This document shows positions 7,347 through 14,902 of a stretch of DNA of 30,951 nt, piece after piece. The first letter of the stretch is position 1; each line of letters begins with the position of its first letter. The notes under the pieces were generated by a model. The model saw nothing but the letters and a program-made list of their open reading frames with translations, had not been told where the DNA came from and ran no database searches. Source of the stretch: an uncultured Gammaproteobacteria bacterium (GTDB lineage Bacteria > Patescibacteriota > Patescibacteriia > Magasanikbacterales > GWA2-37-8); NCBI GenBank assembly GCA_964604585.1, contig CAZRZQ010000003.1:1847-32797 (forward strand), in the 5' to 3' direction. Position numbers and translations under genes: made by a program.

Positions 7347-9324
7347 GTTTTACCGAATTTTTGTCATTTTGTTTTTAGCAGTACTAGTATCCAGTGCTTT
7401 TATTTTGCGACCGAGCAAATCTGCGCCTATGTTGGCTAACTACTACCTTGGTACTTTGCCGACTGACCAGGCCTCGATAGATTATCTTGCTCGTAACGAT
7501 TTATTAATCTTAAGTCCAGAGCAGGGCATAGTCCGGCGGAATGTGATTGATCAGATTAGAGCAAAAAATCCGGACATTATACTTCTTGCTTATGTACCGA
7601 GTGAAAGCTATAACCAGTCTTGGAAGGTCTACCCAGCTAATACTTTGTATAAAGATTTCGTCGTAAAAGATGACTGGTGGTTGAGGGACACCGGGGGGAA
7701 CATTGTTTCGGATTGGCCGGGATTACAAAACACCAACATGACTGAAGAGTCAACTGATTATTTAATTCAATATGTTAAAAGTCATATTCTAAGCCAGGGG
7801 ATTTGGAACGGTGTGTTTTGGGACATGGTTTACGATGGTATTTCTTGGCAGAACAAAGGAGATATTAGTTTGTATAACAATGGCCAACGGGGGAATGCTG
7901 ACGAAGTTAATGCGGAGTGGACAAGACGCATGGTGTATTTGTTAGATCAGACTTGGCGACAATTGCCAGTCGAGTATGTATTAATGAACGGCAGTTCTTT
8001 ACCGGCCTTGCAACCATATACCAATGGGCGGATGTACGAGGATTACCCAACACCTTGGGAAGCAGGCGGATCGTGGAGCGGTATTATGACTGGACTAGTC
8101 AGGAACCAGGCAAAGAATAAAAATCCGCAGATTTATGTTTTTAACGCTAATACTAATAATACTGGTAAACAAAATGATTACCGGCGGATGCGTTTTGGTT
8201 TAGCGAGCAGTCTTATCGTTGACGATGTCTATTTTTCATTTGACTATGGCACTAAAGACCATTCACAAGTCTGGTGGTATGACGAATATGACGTGGATTT
8301 GGGTGATCCGACCGGCGAGGCCCGAGGGATGAATGGATCAAATCAATTTCAGTCCGATGTTTGGCGGAGAGAGTATTCGAATGGTGTGGCTCTAGTTAAT
8401 CCGACCAGCCAAGCACAAACTGTCGATTTGGGAGCGGAGTACGAAAAAATTATTGGTAAACAAGATTCAGTAGTTAATAATGGACAAATTACTGATCGGG
8501 TGCGGATCGGAGCCAAAGACGGGTTGGTAATGTTAAAAACTACCCAGACGCTAAAAAATGTGGTTTTCAATAACGGCTCATTTGTTCGTTTTTTTGATGA
8601 CAAAGGCAATCGCACGAGAAATGGTTTGTTTGTCTTCGAAGATCGGTTTAAAGGTGGGGCGGCGGCTTTTGAGGGAGATGTCGACGGCGACGAAGGAAAC
8701 GAACTCATTACTATGACTGGTGCACGGTTTGAAATTTTTGATGACAACCTTGCCTCTTGGGGTAGTGAATTTCCTTTTGGTGGTAATTATTCTGGTGGGG
8801 TGAGTCTCGCAGTTTCTCGAAAGAATCCGACAGCATTGGCTACAGTTGCTTTAGCACCGACCAAAGGAAACGAAGTTCGTTTGTATACTTACTACGGTGA
8901 ATTACTGACGAAAGTTTATCCGTTGGGGAAAAAATACCAAGGGGGGTATAATGTCGCGATCGGCGACATTGATCAAGATGGTAAAAACGAAGTGGTAGTG
9001 GGAACAGGAAGAGGCGTAGTCGCCGAGTTGTTTGTGTATAACGAAGATATGAGTAAAATAGAAAAGCGCTACAAGCCGTTTAATAATAGTTATAAAAATG
9101 GAATGACTGTTGCTATCGGCGATGTGAATGGAGACAGTAAAGTTGAGTTAATTGTTGCTTCACGATCCGGTCGCGATCCACTGGTAAAGATATATAAAAA
9201 AGATTTTAAAAAAGTATCAGAGTTTAAGGTGGCTTCAACTTTCAACGATGGTAACTTGGTTACCCTTACAACGAGAGATATGAATTATGACGGTAAGGAG
9301 GATATTTTGGTCGGAACGCAGTAA
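7339..9324 (+). CDS. Secreted putative glycoside hydrolase (GHL15-like) with C-terminal FG-GAP/VCBS-like repeats
   Basis: N-terminal hydrophobic anchor; WNGVFWD, MRFGLASSL and WWYDEYDVDLGDP segments; GDVDGDEGNEL, GDIDQDGKNEV, GDVNGDSKVEL and DMNYDGKEDI repeats. Confidence 0.7.
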   Translation: MIKFYRIFVILFLAVLVSSAFILRPSKSAPMLANYYLGTLPTDQASIDYLARNDLLILSPEQGIVRRNVIDQIRAKNPDIILLAYVPSESYNQSWKVYPANTLYKDFVVKDDWWLRDTGGNIVSDWPGLQNTNMTEESTDYLIQYVKSHILSQGIWNGVFWDMVYDGISWQNKGDISLYNNGQRGNADEVNAEWTRRMVYLLDQTWRQLPVEYVLMNGSSLPALQPYTNGRMYEDYPTPWEAGGSWSGIMTGLVRNQAKNKNPQIYVFNANTNNTGKQNDYRRMRFGLASSLIVDDVYFSFDYGTKDHSQVWWYDEYDVDLGDPTGEARGMNGSNQFQSDVWRREYSNGVALVNPTSQAQTVDLGAEYEKIIGKQDSVVNNGQITDRVRIGAKDGLVMLKTTQTLKNVVFNNGSFVRFFDDKGNRTRNGLFVFEDRFKGGAAAFEGDVDGDEGNELITMTGARFEIFDDNLASWGSEFPFGGNYSGGVSLAVSRKNPTALATVALAPTKGNEVRLYTYYGELLTKVYPLGKKYQGGYNVAIGDIDQDGKNEVVVGTGRGVVAELFVYNEDMSKIEKRYKPFNNSYKNGMTVAIGDVNGDSKVELIVASRSGRDPLVKIYKKDFKKVSEFKVASTFNDGNLVTLTTRDMNYDGKEDILVGTQ

Positions 9325-9333
9325 TTATTGCGG

Positions 9334-9382
9334 TTGCGAAAAGGTAATTTTTGTGGTATAATTACAGTATAAATTACAGTAT
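9334..9382 (+). promoter_or_regulatory. Promoter of the TA-like pair with two 11-bp direct repeats
   Basis: TTGCGA (9334-9339), 17 bp, TATAAT (9357-9362) with an extended TG; aattacagtat at 9360-9370 and 9372-9382. Confidence 0.7.
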
Positions 9383-9384
9383 TT

Positions 9385-9600
9385 ATGCGTTTTAGACAGT
9401 CATTATTTTGGGATGTTGACCCAAAAACAATTGATGAAAAAAAACACGCTCGGTACATTATTGAACGGGTTTTAGATTTTGGTAATGACAAAGAAGTACG
9501 CTGGGTTTATCATAATTTTTCACCGCGGGTTATTAAGGATGTGGTAAAAAAATCAAGAGTTATGCATAAAAAATCCAAAGCCCTATGGTCTCTAATATAG
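9385..9600 (+). CDS. DUF6922-like small protein, putative antitoxin
   Basis: LFWDVD...HARYIIERVLDFG pattern; overlaps the downstream nucleotidyltransferase by 16 nt. Confidence 0.8.
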   Translation: MRFRQSLFWDVDPKTIDEKKHARYIIERVLDFGNDKEVRWVYHNFSPRVIKDVVKKSRVMHKKSKALWSLI

Positions 9601-10262
9601 AATCTACTGAAGATTTGCATTTTGACTCACTCCCAAAGGCGACGCAAGAAGCTTTTTTGGTTTGTCAAAAGATGGACTTGTTTGCGAAAAATAACTGGTA
9701 TTTAGCTGGTGGCACGGCTTTGGCTTTACAAGTGGGGCATAGGCAATCAGTCGATCTGGATTTTTTTACGCCGAATAAAAAATTTAAAGAGATAGAAGTG
9801 GAACGGGAGTTGTTAAATACCGGGCTGTGGTCCACTACTTATAGAGAGAATGGTACAATTTATGGAGTATTTAATGGAGCTAAAATGAGTCTGATCGCTT
9901 ATCCTTTTTTCTTGCCGCAAAAGAATAAATTAAAAATTGGAAAGATAAAAATTTTGTTGCCCGTGGACATTGCTTCGATGAAGATAGTGGCTGTAAGCCA
10001 ACGTGGCCGCAAGCGTGATTTTTATGATTTGTATTGGTATTGTAAAAATATTGCTCCGCTAGGTGAAGTGATATTAAAAGCAGTTAACCAGTATCCTGGT
10101 CAGGAAAATAACGTCGCTCATATTCTTAAAAGTCTGGCTTATTTTACTGATGCAGAAAACGACCCTGATCCAAAAATTTACTTTAAGGCCAGTTGGTTGG
10201 AAGTGAAGAAATTTTTTCGTCAGGAGGTAAAAAGTTTGACTCCTAAAATTTTACAGTTTTGA
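9585..10262 (+). CDS. AbiEii/AbiGii-family nucleotidyltransferase (type IV TA toxin-like)
   Basis: YLAGGTALALQVGHRQSVDLDFF; KIVAVSQRGRKRDFYDLY. Confidence 0.9.
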   Translation: MVSNIESTEDLHFDSLPKATQEAFLVCQKMDLFAKNNWYLAGGTALALQVGHRQSVDLDFFTPNKKFKEIEVERELLNTGLWSTTYRENGTIYGVFNGAKMSLIAYPFFLPQKNKLKIGKIKILLPVDIASMKIVAVSQRGRKRDFYDLYWYCKNIAPLGEVILKAVNQYPGQENNVAHILKSLAYFTDAENDPDPKIYFKASWLEVKKFFRQEVKSLTPKILQF

Positions 10263-10271
10263 AATCAATTA

Positions 10272-10469
10272 TTACTTAAGGAGGCTTATTACTTTAACAA
10301 AAATTTCTTTTGTGCATTCTGGGCAAAAATCAAAAGTCTCCCATCTTTTTTCGCTATTTGGCAAACTTTGATCAAGACCGTTAATGTTTAAACTAAGGCT
10401 CCCTGAGCCTTCTTTTTTGTTTTTTTCAATTTCTTTGTGGCATTTATCACAATTTGTTGTAGAGCTCAT
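10272..10469 (-). CDS. Small hypothetical zinc-ribbon-like protein (65 aa)
   Basis: CDKC...CPEC pairs; 20 bp downstream of and co-oriented with the PLP enzyme. Confidence 0.6.
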   Translation of the reverse strand: MSSTTNCDKCHKEIEKNKKEGSGSLSLNINGLDQSLPNSEKRWETFDFCPECTKEIFVKVISLLK

Positions 10470-10489
10470 AAAAATAAGTTAAAAATATT

Positions 10490-11380
10490 TTATTTCCCGG
10501 TAATCAAGCAAACGATTGGTCCGGTAATTTTTTTTTCATTTGTTAAATACTGTTGTAGGCCAACTAAACTTAAAATGCTGTTCGGAGACAAAACAATGTC
10601 TTCTTTTTCTTTTAGGAGAGTAAGTGTTTCTTGAATTTCTTCGTTAGTAGCTATCCAGGTGTTTCCTCGGCTTTCTTGTGCAGCATTGGCCACTGTAGTT
10701 TTGCGGTGGCCCACCTTATCTACAATGGCATCGGCTAAAGACAGTTTATTCGTGTCTGATGGTAGTTCTCCATTATGGTCTTCAACAAATGGATGGCAAG
10801 CGTCAGTTTGGACGATATGTATTTCTGGGTTTAAACCAAGTTTTTCGAATCCAAGATGCAATCCTAAAGCCGTCGTGCCACTCGAAGTGGGGATAAAAAT
10901 TGCCGCTACTGTGGGGAGCTCTTCCATTATTTCTTTAGCTAATTCCTCATAGCCAACAAGGGCCAGATCATCGGTGGATTGGCGCAAGTTTTTTACTTCT
11001 TCGTCTTTGTCCAACTGAAAAGCTACTTGTTTAGGATTCTTGACTTGTCGTAAAACAACGTTTTCATCCGTTAGGTTACGTAAAGCATTTATTTTTTCTT
11101 CATTAATATTTTCGCCAACTAGAATAAGAAGGGTGAGTTTGTTGTTATTATTTTTATTATAATCCGAGATATATAATCCCGCGGCCAGAGCGGCGTTGCC
11201 AGAAGAAGAAATGGTGAATTTGGTGTAACCTTGTTTTAAATAGTGTTCAATCATGAATGGAATCGATCTCCCCTTGTGGGACTTCAAAGGGTGAAGATCT
11301 TCGCGCTTAAAAAACAGCGACTCTTTTAGATTAAGAACTGTCTCGAGTTTTTCCATTCTTTGGAGAGGGGTTAAAGGCAT
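10490..11380 (-). CDS. Fold-type II PLP-dependent enzyme (threonine synthase / cysteine synthase-like; substrate unknown)
   Basis: FKREDLHPLKSHKGRS (PLP lysine region), SSSGNAALA, PTSSGTTALG, CLITG. Confidence 0.85.
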   Translation of the reverse strand: MPLTPLQRMEKLETVLNLKESLFFKREDLHPLKSHKGRSIPFMIEHYLKQGYTKFTISSSGNAALAAGLYISDYNKNNNNKLTLLILVGENINEEKINALRNLTDENVVLRQVKNPKQVAFQLDKDEEVKNLRQSTDDLALVGYEELAKEIMEELPTVAAIFIPTSSGTTALGLHLGFEKLGLNPEIHIVQTDACHPFVEDHNGELPSDTNKLSLADAIVDKVGHRKTTVANAAQESRGNTWIATNEEIQETLTLLKEKEDIVLSPNSILSLVGLQQYLTNEKKITGPIVCLITGK

Positions 11381-11382
11381 AT

Positions 11383-11411
11383 TTGACGTTTTAGGCTTTT
11401 TTTACTATACT
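11383..11411 (+). promoter_or_regulatory. Sigma70-type promoter for the LysW-like gene
   Basis: TTGACG (11383-11388), 17 bp, TATACT (11406-11411). Confidence 0.7.
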
Positions 11412-11453
11412 TAATTTCGCTTGTACATTACCTAACTTTAATTATTTGTAATT

Positions 11454-11618
11454 ATGAAGCTAACTTGCCCGGAGTGTAAAAATGAAGTGGATTTATCTAT
11501 TTACCCTAACTTGGCCAAAGGGGACGTAATTGAATGTGATAAATGCGGTATTACTCTTATGGTGACAAATATTGACGGAGACGAGGTAGTAGTCGAAATA
11601 GTGGACGAAGGAAAATAG
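11454..11618 (+). CDS. LysW-like zinc-ribbon protein, candidate amino-group carrier (54 aa; not in the ORF track)
   Basis: My translation: MKLTCPECKNEVDLSIYPNLAKGDVIECDKCGITLMVTNIDGDEVVVEIVDEGK*. The CPEC...GDVIECxxCG-L-V pattern and acidic tail match the LysW layout; it has its own promoter. Confidence 0.85.
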   Translation: MKLTCPECKNEVDLSIYPNLAKGDVIECDKCGITLMVTNIDGDEVVVEIVDEGK

Positions 11619-13025
11619 TTATTTTACCAATTCTTCAATCATCCCTCGGAAGCCGTGGCTACCGAGGAACACAACCACATCGTTTGGTTGTGTTTTGTTT
11701 TTGATATAAGTAATCAATTCGGCGTCTAGAGGTAAATATAAAACATTAGGGTGGGTTTTACTAATAATCTTGGTTAGTTCATCACCCTCAAGGCTCGTGT
11801 CATTTTCTTTGTTTTTTAATTTAGTCAGGCGGGGGATTATGACTTCAGTGGCATCGCTAAAAGCTTGGTCGTAAAAAGGAGCAGATTTTTTTTCGCGGTT
11901 GCCGGTATTAGGTTCAAAAATCGCGTAGATATTTCCAGTATAGATTTTTTTCAAGGCGTTTAAAGCCGACTTGGCTTTTGCTGGTGAATGAGCAATGTCA
12001 TCAAAGACATCGGCGCCGTTTAGAGTACCGCGTTTTTCCAGTCGGCGTTTTAAACCAGTAAATTTAGTTAAAGCAGTGATTATTTTTTTACTCGGTACGC
12101 CTATTTCACTCGCGAGCGCAAAAGCCCCACAAACATTCTCAGCCATGTATTCGCCGATAACTGGGACGTTTAGGTGATATAATTCGGCTTGATGGACGAT
12201 GTCCAAACTTAACCCGGTTTTGTTTTGCTGGATATTTAAGTAACAATAATCAGTTTGGGCGGAACGTCCATAGGAAACGAGTCGAGCAGCGAGGGGTGTC
12301 TCTTTGACCAACTTGTTTACATTGGTATTGTCGAGGCAAGCGACGATTAAACCAGATTTTGGTACCAGATTAAGTAATTCACTAAAAGCTCTGAAATAAT
12401 CGGTTTCAGTTTTATAAATATCAGCATGATCCCACTCTACCGCCGTTAGAAGTAAGTGGGTGGGGGAGTAGGATAAAAATTTTGGGCGGTTATCCCAACG
12501 AGCAGTTTTGTATTCGTCGCCTTCTAAAATACTCCACTCGGAATTATTTGGATTATCCGCGCTTAAGTCTAGATTTTTACTAATTCCCCCGAACATATAC
12601 GTGGGGTTATAACCAGATTCTTTTAATATCCAGGCAAGGAGAGTGGTGGAAGAGGTTTTGCCATAAGTACCAGCGCAAACAATCGAATTTTCTTTTACCA
12701 AATATCTGGCAATTAATTCTGGGTAGGAGACATATGGTAAGTTATTATCTTGGACATATTTCCATTCCGGGTTTTCTGACCCGGCCACATTTCCAACAAC
12801 CACCATGTATTCGTCGGTGGGGGTAGAATTATTTGTAAATTTTTCTAAAACTTTTTCCGGATGCCACCCTGGATAAAAAACAACGCCGTGTTTTTTTAGA
12901 TTGGTAGACACAGGTGGATAAAAACCCACGTCCGAACCAGTGACAACCCACCCTTTTTCTTTAAAAAGAATAGCGAGTGCGCTCATACCAACGCCACAGA
13001 TGCCGATGAAGTGGAGGTGTTTCAT
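11619..13025 (-). CDS. mpl: Mpl-like UDP-MurNAc:peptide ligase (MurC/Mpl family)
   Basis: GSDVGFYPPVS, GTYGKT, EGDEYKTARWDNRPKFLSYSP, EWDHADIY, DDIAHSP, FEPN and GSHGFRG fit Mpl better than MurC (from my recall of E. coli Mpl: GSDANVYPPMS, EADEY...DKRSKF, EFDHADIF). Confidence 0.8.
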   Translation of the reverse strand: MKHLHFIGICGVGMSALAILFKEKGWVVTGSDVGFYPPVSTNLKKHGVVFYPGWHPEKVLEKFTNNSTPTDEYMVVVGNVAGSENPEWKYVQDNNLPYVSYPELIARYLVKENSIVCAGTYGKTSSTTLLAWILKESGYNPTYMFGGISKNLDLSADNPNNSEWSILEGDEYKTARWDNRPKFLSYSPTHLLLTAVEWDHADIYKTETDYFRAFSELLNLVPKSGLIVACLDNTNVNKLVKETPLAARLVSYGRSAQTDYCYLNIQQNKTGLSLDIVHQAELYHLNVPVIGEYMAENVCGAFALASEIGVPSKKIITALTKFTGLKRRLEKRGTLNGADVFDDIAHSPAKAKSALNALKKIYTGNIYAIFEPNTGNREKKSAPFYDQAFSDATEVIIPRLTKLKNKENDTSLEGDELTKIISKTHPNVLYLPLDAELITYIKNKTQPNDVVVFLGSHGFRGMIEELVK

Positions 13026-13663
13026 ACAGCGTTTTTTAATTCATCTAAATCTAAGTTCCATTTTTTTTCGTCCCACCATTCTAATCCCGTAAACTGAATT
13101 TTATACAAAGCCGTTTCGTCTTTAACACTACCTAGGTAGACATATTTTTTATTCTTTTCCTTGGCTGAAGTTATTGCCTCGGTCATCATACCAATGCCAA
13201 GATTTGGTAAGTCAGTGTGTAAATTGTAAAAAGGATAAGAATAATGGAATAATTCATTGGTTTCTAAACAAATAGCATAACCAACCGGAATGTTGTTTAA
13301 GGTGTAGACAAGGAGCTGGTTAAAATTGGATTTGTCGGTTGTTAGTAATTCCTTTATTTTATTGGCGCTGAAAGTGCCGTCGCCAAATTTAGTGGTATAA
13401 AAGTCCTTGCCCAGTTTTCCGATTTCCCAGGTATATTTATCGTAGGGCAGGGGATGAGTAGTTAATTTAATTTCTTCATTTTTTCTTAAAATTCTTCGGT
13501 TTTCGCTCGTTAGTTCAAATTTTTCCAAGTTAATTCGTAAACTCCTGGTCTGGTAGAGGTAGCCTTTTTTGGTCCGACCAAAAAGCCAGCCTTGGTTGTA
13601 CAAGGCATTAAGATTACTATCGGAAAAGTCAGTCGTGGTTTGTTCTGCCCATTTTAAATACAT
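13022..13663 (-). CDS. ATE1/Bpt-like aminoacyl-tRNA transferase (GNAT fold)
   Basis: SLRINLEKF...NRRILRKN, YSYPFY...LGIGMM...AKEKNKKYVYLG...YK.F follow the ATE_N/ATE_C pattern; 4-nt ATGA overlap with mpl. Confidence 0.7.
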   Translation of the reverse strand: MYLKWAEQTTTDFSDSNLNALYNQGWLFGRTKKGYLYQTRSLRINLEKFELTSENRRILRKNEEIKLTTHPLPYDKYTWEIGKLGKDFYTTKFGDGTFSANKIKELLTTDKSNFNQLLVYTLNNIPVGYAICLETNELFHYSYPFYNLHTDLPNLGIGMMTEAITSAKEKNKKYVYLGSVKDETALYKIQFTGLEWWDEKKWNLDLDELKNAV

Positions 13664-13669
13664 AACAAG

Positions 13670-14800
13670 TTAGTAAAGAGCAACCCAAAGTCCTAGTAGT
13701 ACAGCGGCGGTATGCACAATCCAGAAACGCATGACGGTTTTTTCTTCACTCCAGCCGCGCAGTTCAAAGTGGTGGTGGAGCGGGGCCATTTTAAAAATGC
13801 GGCGACCGAGGATGTAGCGACCAAAGATTTGGATGATAACGCTCACCAGTTCAACATAAAAAATAAAAGCGAGAAGAGGTAATAGTACGAGTTGGTTCAT
13901 GACGATAATATTGATGGCGAGGAGTGCCCCGAGGCCGAGTGACCCAACATCGCTCATTTGAAAACGGGCCGGTTTGATATTAAAGTAAGTATAGGTAATT
14001 AAGGCACCGACAGTCGTGGCGTTTAAAAGGGTAATTTCATTTAATCCTTCCAGCCAGCTTAAAAGAGTTAAAGCCGAAAAAGTAATGATTAATGATCCGC
14101 CAGCTAAACCATCCATGCCGTCGGCGACATTAACGGCATTGGCGGTAAACATAACAAAGAAAATGATTAGTGGGATGATCCACCAACCGATGTTGATAAA
14201 CCCATCGAAAGGAATATGGATTTCACGCCAATTTTCACCGAGTTTAAAAAAGATCCACCAGGCCGTAATCGCGCCAGCGAGAAATTCAAGGAGTAGTTTC
14301 TCATGGACGTGTACCCCTTTACCAGGATGCGACCCCAACCAAAGAGAAATTCGTTTAAAAGCGGCCCACGGGAAAGTAACGATAAGCCAAATGCGATGCC
14401 AGATACTTTTGTGGACGCGGATTAAAGTAAGAATCTGACTAATTTTTCGGTTACGTCTCGGCGTACCAAAAATATTTAAGAGGTCGTCGACTCCGCCCAG
14501 GAATGACGACAGTAACATGACGCCGATTGGTACCCAGGTAAATTTACGTTCCCAGTTAAAAAGTATGGTAATTACTGCGACAGTTACGACCACCAAGAGT
14601 CCGCCCATAATCGGTGTGCCAGTTTTAGTTTGACGGCCATTTATACCGAGCGAGACGTCAAATTCATTGCGGCGGGTAATTTTGTATTTGTATAAAATCT
14701 TCGTAAGAAGCGGTGCCCAGAGAAAGGCAATCACACACGAAACTAAGCCAAAACTAATGGCTTTACGTAGTAATTCGAGGGTTTCTAGATTCATGGGCAT
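13670..14800 (-). CDS. mraY: Phospho-N-acetylmuramoyl-pentapeptide transferase with a large loop insertion
   Basis: KTGTPIMGG, GVDD, NAVNVADGMDG, MSDVGSLGLG, FKMAPLHHHFELRGWSE. Confidence 0.92.
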   Translation of the reverse strand: MPMNLETLELLRKAISFGLVSCVIAFLWAPLLTKILYKYKITRRNEFDVSLGINGRQTKTGTPIMGGLLVVVTVAVITILFNWERKFTWVPIGVMLLSSFLGGVDDLLNIFGTPRRNRKISQILTLIRVHKSIWHRIWLIVTFPWAAFKRISLWLGSHPGKGVHVHEKLLLEFLAGAITAWWIFFKLGENWREIHIPFDGFINIGWWIIPLIIFFVMFTANAVNVADGMDGLAGGSLIITFSALTLLSWLEGLNEITLLNATTVGALITYTYFNIKPARFQMSDVGSLGLGALLAINIIVMNQLVLLPLLAFIFYVELVSVIIQIFGRYILGRRIFKMAPLHHHFELRGWSEEKTVMRFWIVHTAAVLLGLWVALY

Positions 14801-14811
14801 AAGCGTTAGGG

Positions 14812-14840
14812 ATTATACCCCAAAAAGGTGTTTCGGGCAA
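14812..14840 (-). promoter_or_regulatory. Promoter of the mraY-ATE-mpl operon
   Basis: Minus strand: TTGCCC (14840-14835), 17 bp, TATAAT (14817-14812). Confidence 0.65.
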
Positions 14841-14854
14841 GATTAAGCCGAAAA

Positions 14855-14883
14855 TTGTGACTAAGTCCGGTTTGTGTTATAAT
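14855..14883 (+). promoter_or_regulatory. Promoter of corA
   Basis: TTGTGA (14855-14860), 17 bp, TATAAT (14878-14883) with an extended TG. Confidence 0.65.
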
Positions 14884-14902
14884 AAGGGGGTTAATTAAAT
14901 TT

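Noticed and set aside
10490-11618. Ordinary threonine or lysine biosynthesis genes (thrC, lysW)
   Set aside because: No partner genes (thrA/B, lysX/Z/Y/J/K) in the window and the small protein lacks EDWGE, so symbols were withheld.
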